A stretch of 64,000 nucleotides of DNA. Origin: Auanema rhodensis. Lineage: Eukaryota > Animalia > Nematoda. Shown here one piece after another: positions 58,701-64,000 of the stretch; positions within the stretch are counted from its first letter, which is position 1, and each line of letters opens with the position of its first letter. The position numbers and the translations under genes are program-made. The stretch is from positions 21,390,001-21,454,000 of the forward strand of contig OZ059898.1 of the NCBI GenBank assembly GCA_964057225.1. Reading direction: 5' to 3'. Below the pieces are notes generated by a model, which did not search any database, was not told the DNA's origin, and saw only the letters and a list, made by a program, of their open reading frames with translations.

Positions 58701-61700
58701 AATCTAATTTTGAAAACCGCATCTCTTTATCTTTCACGTGAAGCGAGTTACATACCAAGTGCACATCACGTGTACATTTAATTAGCATAAATTAAAGTTC
58801 ACGTAAATTTCAAAGTCATGGTTACCATGCACCAATATCAATAAAAATTTGTTTTTAGACTAATATGGACATGGGGAATCTAATTTTGAAAACCGCATCT
58901 CTTTATCTTTCACGTGAAGCGAGTTACATACCAAGTGCACATCACGTGTACATTTAATTAGCATAAATTAAAGTTCACGTAAATTTCAAAGTCATGGTTA
59001 CCATGAACCAATATCAATAAAAATTTGTTTTCAGACTAATATGGACATGGGGAATCTAATTTTGAAAACCGCATCTCTTTATCTTTCACGTGAAGCGAGT
59101 TACATACCAAGTGCACATCACGTGTACATTTAATTAGCATAAATTAAAGTTCACGTAAATTTCAAAGTCATGGTTACCATGAACCAATATCAATAAAAAT
59201 TTGTTTTTAGACTAATATGGACATGGGGAATCTAATTTTGAAAACCGCATCTCTTTATCTTTCACGTGAAGCGAGTTACATACCAAGTGCACATCACGTG
59301 TACATTTAATTAGCATAAATTAAAGTTCACGTAAATTTCAAAGTCATGGTGACCATGAACCAATATCAATAAAAATTTGTTTTTAGACTAATATGGACAT
59401 GGGGAATCTAATTTTGAAAACCGCATCTCTTTATCTTTCACGTGAAGCGAGTTACATACCAAGTGCACATCACATGTACATTTAATTAGCATAAATTAAA
59501 GTTCACGTAAATTTCAAAGTCATGGTTACCATGAACCAATATCAATAAAAATTTGTATTTAGACTAATATGGACATGAGGAATCTAATTTTGAAAACCGC
59601 ATCTCTTTATCTTTCACGTGAAGCGAGTTACATACCAAGTGCACATCACGTGTACATTTAATTAGCATAAATTAAAGTTCACGTAAATTTCAAAGTCATG
59701 GTTACCATGAACCAATATCAATAAAAATTTGTTTTTAGACTAATATGGACATGGGGAATCTAATTTTGAAAACCGCATCTCTTTATCTTTCACGTGAAGC
59801 GAGTTACATACCAAGTGCACATCACGTGTACATTTAATTAGCATAAATTAAAGTTCACGTAAATTTCAAAGTCATATTTACCATGCACCAATATCAATAA
59901 AAATTTGTTTTTAGACTAATATGGACATGGGGAATCTAATTTTGGAAACCGCATCTCTTTATCTTTCACGTGAAGCGAGTTACATACCAAGTGCACATCA
60001 CGTGTACATTTAATTAGCATAAATTAAAGTTCACGTAAATTTCAAAGTCATGGTGACCATGAACCAATATCAATAAAAATTTGTTTTTAGACTAATATGG
60101 ACATGGGGAATCTAATTTTGAAAGCCGCATTTCTTTATCTTTCACGTGAAGCGAGTTACATACCAAGTGCACATCACGTGTACATTTAATTAGCATAAAT
60201 TAAAGTTCACGTAAATTTCAAAGTCATGGTTACCATGAACCAATATCAATAAAAATTTGTTTTTAGACTAATATGGACATGGGGAATCTAATTTTGAAAA
60301 CCGCATCTCTTTATCTTTCACGTGAAGCGAGTTACATACCAAGTGCACATCACGTGTACATTTAATTAGCATAAATTAAAGTTCACGTAAATTTCAAAGT
60401 CATGGTTACCATGCACCAATATCAATAAAAATTTGTTTTTAGACTAATATGGACATGGGGAATCTAATTTTGAAAACCGCATCTCTTTATCTTTCACGTG
60501 AAGCGAGTTACATACCAAGTGCACATCACGTGTACATTTAATTAGCATAAATTAAAGTTCACGTAAATTTCAAAGTCATGGTGACCATGAACCAATATCA
60601 ATAAAAATTTGTTTTTAGACTAATATGGACATGGGGAATCTAATTTTGAAAACCGCATCTCTTTATCTTTCACGTGAAGCGAGTTACATACCAAGTGCAC
60701 ATCACGTGTACATTTAATTAGCATAAATTAAAGTTCACGTAAATTTCAAAGTCATGGTTACCATGAACCAATATCAATAAAAATTTGTATTTAGACTAAT
60801 ATGGACATGAGGAATCTAATTTTGAAAACCGCATCTCTTTATCTTTCACGTGAAGCGAGTTACATACCAAGTGCACATCACGTGTACATTTAATTAGCAT
60901 AAATTAAAGTTCACGTAAATTTCAAAGTCATGGTTACCATGAACCAATATCAATAAAAATTTGTTTTTAGACTAATATGGACATGGGGAATCTAATTTTG
61001 AAAACCGCATCTCTTTATCTTTCACGTGAAGCGAGTTACATACCAAGTGCACATCACGTGTACATTTAATTAGCATAAATTAAAGTTCACGTAAATTTCA
61101 AAGTCATGGTGACCATGAACCAATATCAATAAAAATTTGTTTTTAGACTAATATGGACATGGGGAATCTAATTTTGAAAACCGCATCTCTTTATCTTTCA
61201 CGTGAAGCGAGTTACATACCAAGTGCACATCACGTGTACATTTAATTAGCATAAATTAAAGTTCACGTAAATTTCAAAGTCATGGTTACCATGAACCAAT
61301 ATCAATAAAAATTTGTATTTAGACTAATATGGACATGAGGAATCTAATTTTGAAAACCGCATCTCTTTATCTTTCACGTGAAGCGAGTTACATACCAAGT
61401 GCACATCACGTGTACATTTAATTAGCATAAATTAAAGTTCACGTAAATTTCAAAGTCATGGTTACCATGAACCAATATCAATAAAAATTTGTTTTTAGAC
61501 TAATATGGACATGGGGAATCTAATTTTGAAAACCGCATCTCTTTATCTTTCACGTGAAGCGAGTTACATACCAAGTGCACATCACGTGTACATTTAATTA
61601 GCATAAATTAAAGTTCACGTAAATTTCAAAGTCATGGTTACCATGAACCAATATCAATAAAAATTTGTTTTCAGACTAATATGGACATGGGGAATCTAAT

Positions 61701-63177
61701 TTTGAAAACCGCATCTCTTTATCTTTCACGTGAAGCGAGTTACATACCAAGTGCACATCACGTGTACATTTAATTAGCATAAATTAAAGTTCACGTAAAT
61801 TTCAAAGTCATGGTTACCATGAACCAATATCAATAAAAATTTGTATTTAGACTAATATGGACATGAGGAATCTAATTTTGAAAACCGCATCTCTTTATCT
61901 TTCACGTGAAGCGAGTTACATACCAAGTGCACATCACGTGTACATTTAATTAGCATAAATTAAAGTTCACGTAAATTTCAAAGTCATGGTTACCATGAAC
62001 CAATATCAATAAAAATTTGTATTTAGACTAATATGGACATGAGGAATCTAATTTTGAAAACCGCATCTCTCTATCTTTCACGTGAAGCGAGTTACATACC
62101 AAGTGCACATCACGTGTACATTTAATTAGCATAAATTAAAGTTCACGTAAATTTCAAAGTCATGGTTACCATGAACCAATATCAATAAAAATTTGTTTTT
62201 AGACTAATATGGACATGGGGAATCTAATTTTGAAAACCGCATCTCTTTATCTTTCACGTGAAGCGAGTTACATACCAAGTGCACATCACGTGTACATTTA
62301 ATTAGCATAAATTAAAGTTCACGTAAATTTCAAAGTCATATTTACCATGCACCAATATCAATAAAAATTTGATTTTAGACTAATATGGACATGGGGAATC
62401 TAATTTTGAAAACCGCATCTCTCTATCTTTCACGTGAAGCGAGTTACATACCAAGTGCACATCACGTGTACATTTAATTAGCATAAATTAAAGTTCACGT
62501 AAATTTCAAAGTCATATTTACCATGCACCAATATCAATAAAAATTTGTTTTTAGACTAATATGGACATGGGGAATCTAATTTTGAAAACCGCATCTCTTT
62601 ATCTTTCACGTGAAGCGAGTTACATACCAAGTGCACATCACGTGTACATTTAATTAGCATAAATTAAAGTTCACGTAAATTTCAAAGTCATATTTACCAT
62701 GCACCAATATCAATAAAAATTTGTTTTTAGACTAATATGGACATGGGGAATCTTATTTTGAAAACCGCATCTCTTTATCTTTCACGTGAAGCGAGTTACA
62801 TACCAAGTGCACATCACGTGTACATTTAATTAGCATAAATTAAAGTTCACGTAAATTTCAAAGTCATGGTTACCATGCACCAATATCAATAAAAATTTGT
62901 TTTTAGACTAATATGAACATGGGGAATCTAATTTTGAAAACCGCATCTCTTTATCTTTCACGTGAAGCGTGTTACATACCAAGTGCACATCACGTGTACA
63001 TTTAATTAGCATAAATTAAAGTTCACGTAAATTTCAAAGTCATGGTTACCATGAACCAATATCAATAAAAATTTGTTTTTAGACTAATATGAACATGGGG
63101 AATCTAATTTTGAAAACCGCATCTCTTTATCTTTCACGTGAAGCGAGTTACATACCAAGTGCACATCACGTGTACAT

Positions 63178-63346
63178 TTAATTAGCATAAATTAAAGTTC
63201 ACGTAAATTTCAAAGTACCATGCACCAATATCAATAAAAATTTGTTTTTAGACTAATATGGACATGGGGAATCTAATTTTGAAAACCGCATCTCTTTATC
63301 TTTCACGTGAAGCGAGTTACATACCAAGTGCACATCACGTGTACAT
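63178..63346 (-). repeat. Third copy of the 7-bp deletion monomer, in the inverted block
   Basis: CAAAGTACCATGCACC at 63211 is the reverse complement of GGTGCATGGTACTTTG. Confidence 0.92.
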
Positions 63347-64000
63347 TTAATTAGCATAAATTAACGTTCACGTAAATTTCAAAGTCATGGTTACCATGAA
63401 CCAATATCAATAAAAATTTGTTTTTAGACTAATATGGACATGGGGAATCTAATTTTGAAAACCGCATCTCTTTATCTTGCACGTGAAGCGAGTTACATAC
63501 CAAGTGCACATCACGTGTACATTTAATTAGCATAAATTAAAGTTCACGTAAATTTCAAAGTCATGGTTACCATGCACCAATATCAATAAAAATTTGTTTT
63601 TAGACTAATATGAACATGGGGAATCTAATTTTGAAAACCGCATCTCTTTATCTTTCACGTGAAGCGAGTTACATACCAAGTGCACATCACGTGTACATTT
63701 AATTAGCATAAATTAAAGTTCACGTAAATTTCAAAGTCATATTTACCATGCACCAATATCAATAAAAATTTGTTTTTAGACTAATATGGACATGGGGAAT
63801 CTAATTTTGAAAACCGCATCTCTTTATCTTTCACGTGAAGCGAGTTACATACCAAGTGCACATCACGTGTACATTTAATTAGCATAAATTAAAGTTCACG
63901 TAAATTTCAAAGTCATATTTACCATGCACCAATATCAATAAAAATTTGTTTTTAGACTAATATGGACATGGGGAATCTTATTTTGAAAACCGCATCTCTT

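Larger units (their letters stand above)
49842..64000 (-). repeat. Same 176-bp satellite, reverse-complement block (136-bp partial + 79 full monomers + 126-bp partial, runs off the window)
   Basis: Sequence reads ATGGTTACCATGAACCAATATCAATAAAAATTTGTTTTTAGAC..., the reverse complement of the consensus, with period 176. It contains one 7-bp deletion near 63215. The window ends at monomer position 51, as this count predicts. Confidence 0.98.

Noticed and set aside
1-64000. Protein-coding ORFs within or across monomers
   Set aside because: The monomer is dense in stop codons on both strands (ATG TAC ACG TGA at its start; many TAA/TAG/TGA). Because 176 is not a multiple of 3, any frame cycles through all stops within three monomers, so no long ORF is possible.
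1-64000. CRISPR array or other repeat-spacer system
   Set aside because: The entire 176 bp is repeated. There are no unique spacers, no leader and no cas genes.
1-64000. rDNA, 5S, tRNA or snRNA tandem gene cluster, or telomeric repeats
   Set aside because: The monomer has no recognisable RNA-gene sequence, Pol III A/B boxes or telomere motif.

Overview
The whole 64-kb window is one AT-rich (about 32% GC) satellite DNA array built from a 176-bp monomer. Consensus: ATGTACACGTGATGTGCACTTGGTATGTAACTCGCTTCACGTGAAAGATAAAGAGATGCGGTTTTCAAAATTAGATTCCCCATGTCCATATTAGTCTAAAAACAAATTTTTATTGATATTGGTTCATGGTAACCATGACTTTGAAATTTACGTGAACTTTAATTTATGCTAATTAA. Positions 1-49841 hold 283 complete monomers plus a 62-bp partial copy on the + strand. 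Between 49841 and 49842 the array switches strand. Positions 49842-64000 hold a 136-bp partial, 79 complete monomers and a 126-bp partial on the - strand. Monomers usually differ from consensus by 0-4 changes, and diagnostic variants reveal nested higher-order duplications (5-, 8-, 9/10-, 14-mer and longer offsets). Monomer length, homogeneity and organisation are typical of a eukaryotic centromeric or pericentromeric satellite, but I do not recognise the family or species. I found no genes, RNA genes, transposons or CRISPR arrays, and no protein-coding system. The most notable features are the inversion junction, its position relative to palindromes inside the monomer, and rare variant haplotypes shared across it.
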